DNA from: an uncultured Christensenellaceae bacterium
GTDB taxonomy: Bacteria; Bacillota; Clostridia; Christensenellales; UBA3700
NCBI GenBank assembly: GCA_944383895.1
Contig: CALWRH010000004.1
Span: 17,287 to 81,286, forward strand
DNA: 64,000 nucleotides
Direction: 5' to 3'
A program made the position numbers and the translations under genes. Positions 1-8,653 of this stretch are shown in pieces (position 1 is the stretch's first letter; every line of letters starts with the position of its first letter). Under the pieces are notes generated by a model that was not told the DNA's origin, made no database searches, and was given only the letters and a program-made list of their open reading frames with translations.

Positions 1-44
1 GGCGAGCGAGTATTGCAGCGCAGACTGATATATTTTTAATTTCA

Positions 45-1826
45 ATGAAAACCAAGACAGATAAAAAAGGAAAGCGCAATTTATTTGCGTATTTCGTTTC
101 GTATTACAAACCGCACAAAGTAACGTTCATGCTGGATATGCTGGCGTCGCTTATCTTTTCGCTATGCGGATTGTTTTATCCTATGCTTACGAGGCAGATG
201 CTCAACGATTTTATACCTAACGGCATGGTTAAAGAGATCGTGTTGTTCGGCATCGGGCTCGTCGGCATATATATCGTCCGTGCGTGCATGAATTTTTACA
301 TAAATTACTGCGGTCACGTCATGGGCGTAAAAATGCAGGCGGCGATGAGGAGCGATCTGTTCGATCATTTGCAGAAACTCCCGTATTCTTATTATGACAA
401 TCACGAAACGGGTCAGCTCATGGCGCGTATGACCAACGATCTTTTCAGCGTTTCGGAGCTTGCGCATCACGGCCCCGAAAATCTGTTCATATCGTCTTTC
501 ATGATAGTCGGGTCTTTTGTATATCTGTGTACGATCAATTGGCTCCTTGCGCTTATCGTGTTCGCGTTTCTTCCCGTTATAATCCTCGTTTCGATCAAGG
601 CTCAGAACGACATGAACAACGCGTTTACAAAAAGTCGCGAAGAAACGGGCAACATAAACGCCACGCTCGAGAACAGTATATCGGGTATACGCGTGACAAA
701 GGCGTATGCCAATGACGTATACGAACAGGATAAGTTTGAAAAGAACAACGACGCGTATGTGTTCTGGAGATCCAAGGCATACAAGGCGATGGGCAGATTT
801 TCTGCAAGCATGAGCTTTACGACGCAGGTCTGCAACGCGGTCGTACTTATTGCGGGCGGTCTGTTCTGTATCAAAGGAAAGATAGATTACGGCGACATCG
901 TCGCGTTCATGTTGTCGATCTCGCTGTTTATATCTCCCGTCGAAAATCTTCTGATGTTCTCCGAACAGTTGCAGGACGGCGTTACCGGATTCAAACGTTT
1001 CGTCGAGATCATGGACGCGAAAGCGGAAGAAGACAGCCCTGATGCAAAGGATATAGAAAGGCCTGCGGGACACGTCAGATTCGAAAACGTCGGTTTTTCT
1101 TATGACGGAAAAGCCGAGGTCCTCAAAGATATAAATATCGATATACCTGCGGGCAAGATATACGCTTTCGTAGGCGCGAGCGGCGGCGGCAAGACTACGC
1201 TCTGTCATCTGATCCCCAAGTTTTACAAGCTGGAAAAAGGCATGATATATATCGACGACATGCCGATAAGCGAAATTTCCAACAAGTCGCTGAGAAAGAA
1301 TATAGGTATCGTTCAGCAGGACGTGTTTCTCTTTACGGGCACGTTCAAGGAGAATATCGCATACGGCGAAACGGACGCGACAGACGAGGAGATAATTACC
1401 GCCGCAAAGAGAGCGAATATACACGACTATATCGCGGGTCTTTCCGACGGTTACGATACGCAGATAGGAGAGCGCGGCATAAAGCTTTCGGGCGGGCAGA
1501 AGCAAAGACTCAGTATAGCAAGAGTATTTCTCAAAAATCCGTCCATCCTGATACTCGACGAAGCTACGAGCGCGCTGGACAACGCTACCGAAGTCGCGGT
1601 GCAGAAGGCACTGTTCGATCTTTGCAAGGGAAGGACGACGCTTATCGTCGCGCACAGGCTGAGCACGATAAAAAACGCGGACGAAATAATCGTGGTCGAA
1701 GAGGGCAGGATAAAAGAACGCGGAACTCACAAAGAGCTGCTCGAAAAGGGCGGAGCTTACAAACAGCTTTACGAAGCGCAATATAAAGAATACGACGAGG
1801 GGGAAAGTCCTGATGAAAAAGCTTAA
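45..1826 (+). CDS. ABC transporter, fused permease/ATPase (MsbA-like exporter)
   Basis: 593-aa ORF. TM-rich N-half. Walker A GASGGGKTT, ABC signature LSGGQKQR, Walker B ILILDEATSALD. Confidence 0.9.
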   Translation: MKTKTDKKGKRNLFAYFVSYYKPHKVTFMLDMLASLIFSLCGLFYPMLTRQMLNDFIPNGMVKEIVLFGIGLVGIYIVRACMNFYINYCGHVMGVKMQAAMRSDLFDHLQKLPYSYYDNHETGQLMARMTNDLFSVSELAHHGPENLFISSFMIVGSFVYLCTINWLLALIVFAFLPVIILVSIKAQNDMNNAFTKSREETGNINATLENSISGIRVTKAYANDVYEQDKFEKNNDAYVFWRSKAYKAMGRFSASMSFTTQVCNAVVLIAGGLFCIKGKIDYGDIVAFMLSISLFISPVENLLMFSEQLQDGVTGFKRFVEIMDAKAEEDSPDAKDIERPAGHVRFENVGFSYDGKAEVLKDINIDIPAGKIYAFVGASGGGKTTLCHLIPKFYKLEKGMIYIDDMPISEISNKSLRKNIGIVQQDVFLFTGTFKENIAYGETDATDEEIITAAKRANIHDYIAGLSDGYDTQIGERGIKLSGGQKQRLSIARVFLKNPSILILDEATSALDNATEVAVQKALFDLCKGRTTLIVAHRLSTIKNADEIIVVEEGRIKERGTHKELLEKGGAYKQLYEAQYKEYDEGESPDEKA

Positions 1827-2775
1827 AATAGTCATACTTGACGGAGAGTGTGCAAATCCGGGAGATCTGTCGTGGGCAGAATTCGAAACGCTGGGAGAAG
1901 TGCAGGTATATCCTCACACCGAAGACGGCGAAGTGGTCGAGCGTGCCAAAGACGCAGACATAATATTGGACAACAAGGTCAATATTACCGCGGATACGAT
2001 AAAGAACCTGCCTGATCTGAAATATATAGGATTGCTATCTACGGGGTATAACGTCGTAGACGTGGCAGCGGCGAAGAAAAGAGGAATACCCGTATGCAAC
2101 GTGCCCGCGTATTCGACCGTAAGCGTTGCGCAGCATACGATAATGCTCATCACCGCGCTGGCGGCAAAGCTTTTCGCGCATGCAAACAGCGTGAGCCAAG
2201 GCGAGTGGGGAGAGTGCAGAAATTTTTGTCTTTACAAAGGCGAAGTGACTGAGCTGCACTCAAAAACCCTCGGTATAATCGGATATGGCAGCATAGGCAG
2301 AGCCGTTGCAAAAATTGCTCTTGCGATGGGGATGAAAGTGGTTGCATGCAGAAGACACTCTTACTCTACGGACAAATCGGTCAAGCTTGTTGAAAATATT
2401 GACGAATTGCTCAAGGTGTCAGACGTGATAACGCTGCACTGCGATCTCAATGCAGGCAATGCGGGGCTTGTAAACGACGAATTTTTGTCAAAGGTCAAGA
2501 AAGGAGCGATACTCGTGAACACTGCGCGCGGAGGACTTGTCGACGAGTCTGCCGTAAGGCGCGCTCTCGATGAAGGAACGCTGTCTGGTTACGGCGCGGA
2601 CGTGCTTGCCGAAGAACCTCCGAAAAACGGCAGCCCGCTTTTCGGCGCGGACAACTGCATTATAACGCCGCACGTCGCATGGGCGAGCAGGGATGCAAGG
2701 GAAAGACTGCTCAAAGCTGCAAAGAAAAATATAGACGCTTTTATAGAAGGCAATCCGATAAACATCGTATATTGA
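1813..2775 (+). CDS. D-isomer-specific 2-hydroxyacid dehydrogenase (glycerate dehydrogenase/hydroxypyruvate reductase-like)
   Basis: 320 aa. NAD-binding GIIGYGSIGRAV, NTARGGLVDE, ITPHVAWAS. GAGGGGGA SD. Start overlaps the ABC gene end by 14 nt. Confidence 0.85.
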   Translation: MKKLKIVILDGECANPGDLSWAEFETLGEVQVYPHTEDGEVVERAKDADIILDNKVNITADTIKNLPDLKYIGLLSTGYNVVDVAAAKKRGIPVCNVPAYSTVSVAQHTIMLITALAAKLFAHANSVSQGEWGECRNFCLYKGEVTELHSKTLGIIGYGSIGRAVAKIALAMGMKVVACRRHSYSTDKSVKLVENIDELLKVSDVITLHCDLNAGNAGLVNDEFLSKVKKGAILVNTARGGLVDESAVRRALDEGTLSGYGADVLAEEPPKNGSPLFGADNCIITPHVAWASRDARERLLKAAKKNIDAFIEGNPINIVY

Positions 2776-2805
2776 CACAGTCATATTTATGGTACAGATA
2801 ACAAA

Positions 2806-2836
2806 GAAAAACGCGCCTAAACGGCGCGTTTTTTGA
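2806..2836. terminator. Bidirectional intrinsic terminator between convergent genes
   Basis: Stem AACGCGCC / GGCGCGTT (2810-2817 / 2823-2830), 5-nt loop, A-run upstream and T-run downstream. Confidence 0.75.
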
Positions 2837-2849
2837 CGTTTGATTCAGG

Positions 2850-3344
2850 TCAGGGCAGAGCGATCTCCGTTACGTCGTCGGGTACGAACATATCGAGCTC
2901 TTCGTGCATGTCTGCATCGGTAATTTTTTCGGCAGGCATTTTATAATATGTAGCTGTACCTTCTGCAAGGACGTTGCCCTGCATATCTTTTATGCAGGCG
3001 TTGCCGGTATAAGCTCTCGAGCCGTTTTTCACCACAGTGCCCATGCCGATGAGCTGAGTGTCGTAGGGTACGGGTTTGCGGAATTTGACGTTTATGTCGA
3101 GAGTGACGGCAAGTATTGTCGGATCTGTGACCCAGATGACTCTGCCTATCAGCTCGTCGAGCATACAGGTTATCATGCCGCCGTGAACTCTGCCGGGATA
3201 GCTCTGATGTTCGGAAGAATAAGAGAACAGAGTAACGACGCTGCCGTCTTCCATTTCGTAAAAAGGAGCTTTTACGCCTGCGGGATTGCACATGCCGCAT
3301 ATAATGCAGTTTTTGCTGTTGGTTTGTTTTTTTACAACTTTCAT
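2850..3344 (-). CDS. PaaI-family hotdog-fold thioesterase
   Basis: 164 aa. N-terminal CIICGMC Cys cluster followed by GRVHGGMITCMLDE, typical of PaaI/4HBT thioesterases. Confidence 0.75.
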   Translation of the reverse strand: MKVVKKQTNSKNCIICGMCNPAGVKAPFYEMEDGSVVTLFSYSSEHQSYPGRVHGGMITCMLDELIGRVIWVTDPTILAVTLDINVKFRKPVPYDTQLIGMGTVVKNGSRAYTGNACIKDMQGNVLAEGTATYYKMPAEKITDADMHEELDMFVPDDVTEIALP

Positions 3345-3523
3345 CGTATCACCTCGTAGTTTTCAGATATATTTTAGCACCGCATAAGCATTAAGTAAAC
3401 GGATTGAAGAAAAATGAGTTGTAAATCTCACGAATAAGCATATGATTCGGAAATTACGACAATCGGATACGGCTTGAAGTCTGCACATGATCGGACGGGG
3501 CGACGTGGCAGTTTTTTATAGCG

Positions 3524-3552
3524 TTGACAAATATAATAAAAAAGAGTATACT
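3524..3552 (+). promoter_or_regulatory. Sigma-A-type promoter for the alcohol dehydrogenase gene
   Basis: TTGACA (3524-3529), 17-nt spacer, TATACT (3547-3552). About 40 nt upstream of the AAGGAG SD and the ATG at 3595. Confidence 0.6.
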
Positions 3553-3594
3553 TATCTAAAACGTGCGATAAGTATTGAGTTATAAGGAGTTTTT

Positions 3595-4800
3595 ATGAAC
3601 GCTTTGCAGAAAATATGGTGCAGGACCTATCAGACCGTAATGAAGGCGGCAACACCGCTTTTGCCGTGGAGAGAGCCCGAACTTCTCGAGTTCGAAAACG
3701 GCACGCGCGGACTCGGCGCTTTCGTCAGGAACAAGGGCTATGCCAAAATGCTGGTCGTGACCGGTCCCAACGTATATAAAAAAGGGCTCGCAGACGAGCT
3801 TATCAGGGGACTTGATGAAAACGGCGTGAAATACGCTCTTTTCAACAGAGTAGTCAACAATCCCACGATAGACAATATAGAAGAGGCCTACGCTCTTTAC
3901 AAGGCTGAAGGTTGCGACTCCATCGTAGCTCTCGGCGGAGGTTCTCCTATGGATCTCGCCAAGGTCGTAGGCGCAAGAGCCGCAAAACCCAATAAATCGG
4001 TGAAGAAGATGAAGGGACTGCTCAAGATAATGAAGAGGATCCCCGATCTTTACGCGATACCGACCACCGCGGGCAGCGGCAGCGAAACCACGATCGCCGC
4101 AGTCGTAAGCGATTCCAAGACTCACGAAAAATATCCTATAAACGATCTCAGCCTTATCCCGAGATACGCGATACTCGACCCGAAACTCACGGCGGCATTG
4201 CCTCCGTCGACCACCGCAACTACGGGCATGGACGCTTTGACGCACGCGGTAGAAGCGTACATAGGCAGGAGCAATACCAAGAAGACGAAAGAGAGCGCAG
4301 AAAAAGCGGTAAAACTCATATTCGACAATCTGCTCAAGGCATATGAACACGGCGACGACATAGAGGCTCGTCGCAATATGCAGAGGGCGTCTTATTATGC
4401 TGGAGTAGCGTTTACCCGCGCATACGTCGGTTACGTTCATGCTCTGGCGCACGCGCTGGGAGGATTTTACGGCACTCCGCACGGACTTGCCAACAGCGTA
4501 TTGCTGCCCGTTGTTCTCGAGTATTACGGAGAGAGCGCGCACAAGCCGCTTGCCCGCCTTGCGGAGATAACGGGAATATGCACCGATAAAGACGACGATG
4601 CGGCAAAGGCGACGAAGTTTATAGACAGAATTAAAGAGATGAACGCGCTTATGGACATACCTTCTAACATAGACGGAATAAAGCCCGAAGACGTGCCCGA
4701 AATGGCTAAGCGCGCGGCAGCGGAAGGCAATCCTCTGTATCCCGTACCCAGACTTCTCGGAGAGGACGAACTCGCGAAGATATACGGGTTGATAATGTAA
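3595..4800 (+). CDS. Iron-containing (group III) alcohol dehydrogenase
   Basis: 401 aa. GGGSPMDLAK and His-rich HALAHALGGFYGTPHGLAN motifs. AAGGAG SD. Confidence 0.9.
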   Translation: MNALQKIWCRTYQTVMKAATPLLPWREPELLEFENGTRGLGAFVRNKGYAKMLVVTGPNVYKKGLADELIRGLDENGVKYALFNRVVNNPTIDNIEEAYALYKAEGCDSIVALGGGSPMDLAKVVGARAAKPNKSVKKMKGLLKIMKRIPDLYAIPTTAGSGSETTIAAVVSDSKTHEKYPINDLSLIPRYAILDPKLTAALPPSTTATTGMDALTHAVEAYIGRSNTKKTKESAEKAVKLIFDNLLKAYEHGDDIEARRNMQRASYYAGVAFTRAYVGYVHALAHALGGFYGTPHGLANSVLLPVVLEYYGESAHKPLARLAEITGICTDKDDDAAKATKFIDRIKEMNALMDIPSNIDGIKPEDVPEMAKRAAAEGNPLYPVPRLLGEDELAKIYGLIM

Positions 4801-5426
4801 TGAAGGCTCTTATAGTTGGCGCGGCAGACGATTTCTGCGCGGACATGCTTATAAAAAACGACGGAGATCTGCTTATAGCGGCTGACGGCGGTTATGCAAA
4901 GATCGCGGACAAAACGATTATCGATCTCGTAGTCGGAGATTTCGATTCTCTCGGCTATTGTCCAGACGCGAAAAAAGTGATCAGACTAAAGCCCGAAAAA
5001 GACGAAACGGACACGGATTGCGCGGCGGAATACGCTGCGGAACACGGCGCGGACGAGATCGTGTTTTATGCTTGTCTGGGCGGCAGACCCGATCATGCAC
5101 TTGCAAATCTGCAGCTCGGTACGAGGCTTGCAAAGCGCGGTAAAAAAGTCAGGTTCGAGAGCACGGGCTATACAGTATACTTTATTAAAGACGGCTGTTT
5201 GCGTTTGCCTGCGAAGAGTAGAGGACGGATTTCTGTTTTCAGCCCCGACGTTACGCGCGGAGTCACTATAAAAGGATTGAAATACGAAATAACGGATAAA
5301 ATGCTGACAAACGTGTTTGCGCTCGGCGTGAGCAACGAGTTTGTCGGCAAAGACGCGGAGATATCCGCAAAAGACGGAGTACTGATAATATTTGTTTATG
5401 AAGAAGATAATAATATTCGATCTTGA
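4800..5426 (+). CDS. Thiamine pyrophosphokinase
   Basis: 208 aa. VVGDFDSLG, KDETDTD and GGRPDHALANL motifs. ATG overlaps the upstream TAA (TAATG). Confidence 0.8.
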   Translation: MKALIVGAADDFCADMLIKNDGDLLIAADGGYAKIADKTIIDLVVGDFDSLGYCPDAKKVIRLKPEKDETDTDCAAEYAAEHGADEIVFYACLGGRPDHALANLQLGTRLAKRGKKVRFESTGYTVYFIKDGCLRLPAKSRGRISVFSPDVTRGVTIKGLKYEITDKMLTNVFALGVSNEFVGKDAEISAKDGVLIIFVYEEDNNIRS

Positions 5427-6045
5427 CGGGACGCTGCTCAATTCGCTCAAAGACCTTTGGGCGGCGGTGAACGGCGCGCTCTGGAGCGTGGGATTGCCTT
5501 GCCGCAGCGAAGAAGAAGTAAGACAGTTCGTCGGCGACGGAGTGGATATGCTGATAAGACGCGCGATAGGTGACGAACAGAATAAATTCGACGATTGCAA
5601 GGCAGCGTTCAAGAAACTCTATGACAAGGACATGCAGAACCAGACGAGGCCTTACGACGGGGTAAACAAGATGCTTGCCGATCTGAAGGCAAAAGGACTT
5701 GAGATCGCGGTATTGTCCAATAAATACGACAGCGCGGTGAAAGCGCTCTGCGATTATTATTTCAAAGATAAGATAAGTTATGCCGTAGGTCAAAAGGACG
5801 GCGTTAAGGTCAAGCCCGATCCCGCTGCGCTGAAAGAACTGCTTGAAAACGCCGGATATACTTCTGACGAGGCATTGTATTGCGGAGACGGAGAGGCGGA
5901 CGTACTTTGCGCGAAAGCGGCGGGGGTGGATTTTATCGCTGCGGCATGGGGGTTCAGACACTACAGCGTGCTTGAAAAGGCAGGCGCGAAAGTATTTGCG
6001 GGCATGCCTGCCGACGTCGCTGCGATAGTCGATACGTTTATGTGA
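5398..6045 (+). CDS. HAD-superfamily hydrolase (phosphoglycolate phosphatase-like)
   Basis: Motif I IIFDLDGTLLNS and motif IV GDGEADV. I prefer the ATG at 5398 (MKKIIIFDLDG) over the track's TTG at 5392. Confidence 0.8.
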   Translation: MKKIIIFDLDGTLLNSLKDLWAAVNGALWSVGLPCRSEEEVRQFVGDGVDMLIRRAIGDEQNKFDDCKAAFKKLYDKDMQNQTRPYDGVNKMLADLKAKGLEIAVLSNKYDSAVKALCDYYFKDKISYAVGQKDGVKVKPDPAALKELLENAGYTSDEALYCGDGEADVLCAKAAGVDFIAAAWGFRHYSVLEKAGAKVFAGMPADVAAIVDTFM

Positions 6046-6086
6046 AAAAGCCGCTCAAGGCGGTGAGATATAAGAGGAGAATTGTT

Positions 6087-8591
6087 ATGAAAAAAGCGAA
6101 ATACGGCAGCGGATTCAAGCTGTTCGACTACTACAAGACTGTAGCTCGCGTCGGCGGAGTTTTTTCCGCTTTATCGCTTTCTGCGATGATCTATGTTATC
6201 TATTACATGTTCTACAACTACATGTACGGAGAACTCAAAGAAGAGCTTACGACTAATTCGGCTCTCAAATATTCTTTGATAGCCGTCGGCATAGTACTTG
6301 CTATAATGGTCGTGGTGTTCGTTGCGTTGAAGATAGCGTCAAAAAGGACGAGCGCGCTCGACGTCGCTCTTATAGTCGTCGGAATCGCGGATATCGTGAT
6401 CATGGTCAAGAAGTTCTCGATCGACGCGAATATAAGAAACGCACAGGAAGTGCTCGTGTATGCGATACCGCTTGCATGCACTGTTATCGTGAGTATAGTC
6501 AGATGGATAGTTTTCTCTCCGAGAAACAACAAACTCATATCCACTCACGGAGAAAAGAGCAACAGCAATTTCAAAGATTATTACATATCCCTGTTCAAGA
6601 AACCTTCGACCTGGTTTATGATCGTCATGGCGCTCGTGATCGCGCTCATGTTTGTACTCGCGCAGGCTGAAGGCTGGCTCAACGTTTTCGATCTCAACGA
6701 ATATTCCAAAACCGAGATGATAAGAAACTGCGCCGTCATGGGCGGTATCGCAGGAGTTCTGTTTATCATCGGACTTGTTATAAGACTGTACAACAAGACG
6801 ATGAACTTTATGGACGCGTATTCCTTCGCGCTCGTTCCCGCAGGCATCGTAATGATCATAAGTTATATAATCGTGCAGCATACGGCTACGCTTATACTCG
6901 CGCTCGGTGCGATAGTGATTTCCTCAGCGTTGCAGATATTGTACGCTAAGACTTCTTATCTCACGGACAGCATAGTATGCGACGAAGAAGAAAAATTTGT
7001 AGAAGAACCCGAGAGCGAAAGCAAGGCTGAAGAACCTTGCTGCGTGGCTGAAGAAAGCAAAGGCGAGGTGTTCGGCGCAGTTGCGGCCGTCACCGAAGAA
7101 CACGAAGATTACGGCGCGACGCTCGAGGCCGTGCAGAAGACTCTCGACAGAATTTACAGACAGAACGAAGAACTCGAGGAAAGGCTGGCAAAAGCCGAAG
7201 TGGCGATAAGATCGCTCGAAGACAAAAACGCACAACTCGAAAAAGAAGTATCGGGACTGAGATCGTCCAACCGTTTCGTTTTGCTCGATATAGAAAAGCT
7301 CATGTCGAGGCTGTCTTATCTCGAAACCAAGACAGGCAAACCTCAGCCTGCGGTAGTCGTAAAAACCGATGCGGGCGAGAACGCGTTCGTGATGAGAGCG
7401 ATAGAGAATATCCTTTCCAGACTTACTTACGCAGAAAGCCTTGTCAGAGGAACTGACGAAGCTGTCGAGTATAGCACGGAGCCTTGCGAGGCAGCGGACG
7501 ATTATCCGTTTATAATGCTTACGCTTGAGAAACTGCTTTCGAGGCTGACCTATGCGGAAAGTCTGCTTGCAAAGGGCGTAACCGTTATTGAACAAGAGGA
7601 GGAGATCGGGGAGCAGCCTGAAGAAGAGGTTGCAGAAGAATCCGAAGAGCCCGAGGAGCAGCCCGAAGAAGTCTTGGAAGACGAAGAAACGGAAGAAGAC
7701 GAGGACGAAGAAAGTCAGGATGAAGAAAGCGCAGAACCTGCAGAAGAGGGCGAAATAACGTGGGAAGAGGTCGCGTCCAATAAACGCCGCGCTAAACCCA
7801 GATTCACCTTTGATATGAAACTGCGTATCGCAAGCGACGACGTGAAGAAGTTCTACAGCGATATCAAGAACGCTTTACTGTCTTACGGCATGCACGCAAG
7901 GATGTCGCGCCATAAAGAAAACTTCAACAAGGGAAGAAACAATATCGCGCGTATGGCGATAAACGGCAAGACGCTCAAAGTATATCTCGCGATAGATCCT
8001 AATGAGATCGATCCCAAGTATTATCACCACCGCGACGTCAGCGACAAGAAAGGTGTGGCGGAACTGCCCACGATGATCAACGTGCGCTCTAAAGTCGCTG
8101 TCAAAAAGGTAAAGATGCTTATCGACAGGATCGCGGAAGAGCTCGTTATCTTCCCCAAGAAATACACTCCGAAGGATTTTGCAGAAGATCTGACTCTTGA
8201 CGGATATTCTACGGTAGAGCGCAAAGGATACGGCTATCTCGTAAATAAAGACGGAGTGGCAAAGAAAGAAGACGTTGACGCTATCCCTGACGATTTTGCG
8301 ACAAATGCGGTCGAATATATATACGCACCGCAGAAGGCAAGCCGTTTCATAAAAGCGGAGCTGTCGCTGAAAGAGCTTGAAAGCAATTTCAAGGACGGCG
8401 ACGTCGTTGACATAGAAAAGGTCAGAGATAAAGGACTCTGCGCGGTAAACGCAAATTATCTGTCGGTTACTGACAGCAATACGCTCAAAAAGAAATTCCG
8501 CGTCTATGCAGACGAATACACCGTTGCAGCGGCAAAGATGATCTGCGTAGCGGGCGGAGAAGCTTATATGATTATTCAACCCGAAGCATAA
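6087..8591 (+). CDS. Polytopic membrane protein with coiled coil, triple SRL(S/T)Y motif, poly-acidic linker and uL15-like C-terminal domain
   Basis: ATG at 6087 is preceded by an AGGAG SD (the track start at 6042 is GTG). About 8-9 hydrophobic helices, then EE/heptad-rich segments. The last 79 aa align by eye to the ribosomal protein uL15 C-terminus. Confidence 0.85.
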   Translation: MKKAKYGSGFKLFDYYKTVARVGGVFSALSLSAMIYVIYYMFYNYMYGELKEELTTNSALKYSLIAVGIVLAIMVVVFVALKIASKRTSALDVALIVVGIADIVIMVKKFSIDANIRNAQEVLVYAIPLACTVIVSIVRWIVFSPRNNKLISTHGEKSNSNFKDYYISLFKKPSTWFMIVMALVIALMFVLAQAEGWLNVFDLNEYSKTEMIRNCAVMGGIAGVLFIIGLVIRLYNKTMNFMDAYSFALVPAGIVMIISYIIVQHTATLILALGAIVISSALQILYAKTSYLTDSIVCDEEEKFVEEPESESKAEEPCCVAEESKGEVFGAVAAVTEEHEDYGATLEAVQKTLDRIYRQNEELEERLAKAEVAIRSLEDKNAQLEKEVSGLRSSNRFVLLDIEKLMSRLSYLETKTGKPQPAVVVKTDAGENAFVMRAIENILSRLTYAESLVRGTDEAVEYSTEPCEAADDYPFIMLTLEKLLSRLTYAESLLAKGVTVIEQEEEIGEQPEEEVAEESEEPEEQPEEVLEDEETEEDEDEESQDEESAEPAEEGEITWEEVASNKRRAKPRFTFDMKLRIASDDVKKFYSDIKNALLSYGMHARMSRHKENFNKGRNNIARMAINGKTLKVYLAIDPNEIDPKYYHHRDVSDKKGVAELPTMINVRSKVAVKKVKMLIDRIAEELVIFPKKYTPKDFAEDLTLDGYSTVERKGYGYLVNKDGVAKKEDVDAIPDDFATNAVEYIYAPQKASRFIKAELSLKELESNFKDGDVVDIEKVRDKGLCAVNANYLSVTDSNTLKKKFRVYADEYTVAAAKMICVAGGEAYMIIQPEA

Positions 8592-8653
8592 CGGGATATA
8601 AGGGCCTGCCGTAAGACGGGTCCTTATGCCTTCAGCATAGGGCAGGAGGGAAA

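Noticed and set aside
162-1835. 557-aa minus-strand ORF antisense to the ABC transporter, plus analogous ORFs at 3580..4542-, 13294..14541-, 18070..19779-, 27284..28666+, 33991..35052+, 40929..42650+, 45866..47170-, 47819..49129-, 52249..53925-, 59571..60791- and 62148..62990-.
   Set aside because: They are codon-aligned shadows of the sense genes. Their composition is R/V/F/Y-rich, they have no motifs and no SD sites. The sense strand carries unambiguous family motifs.
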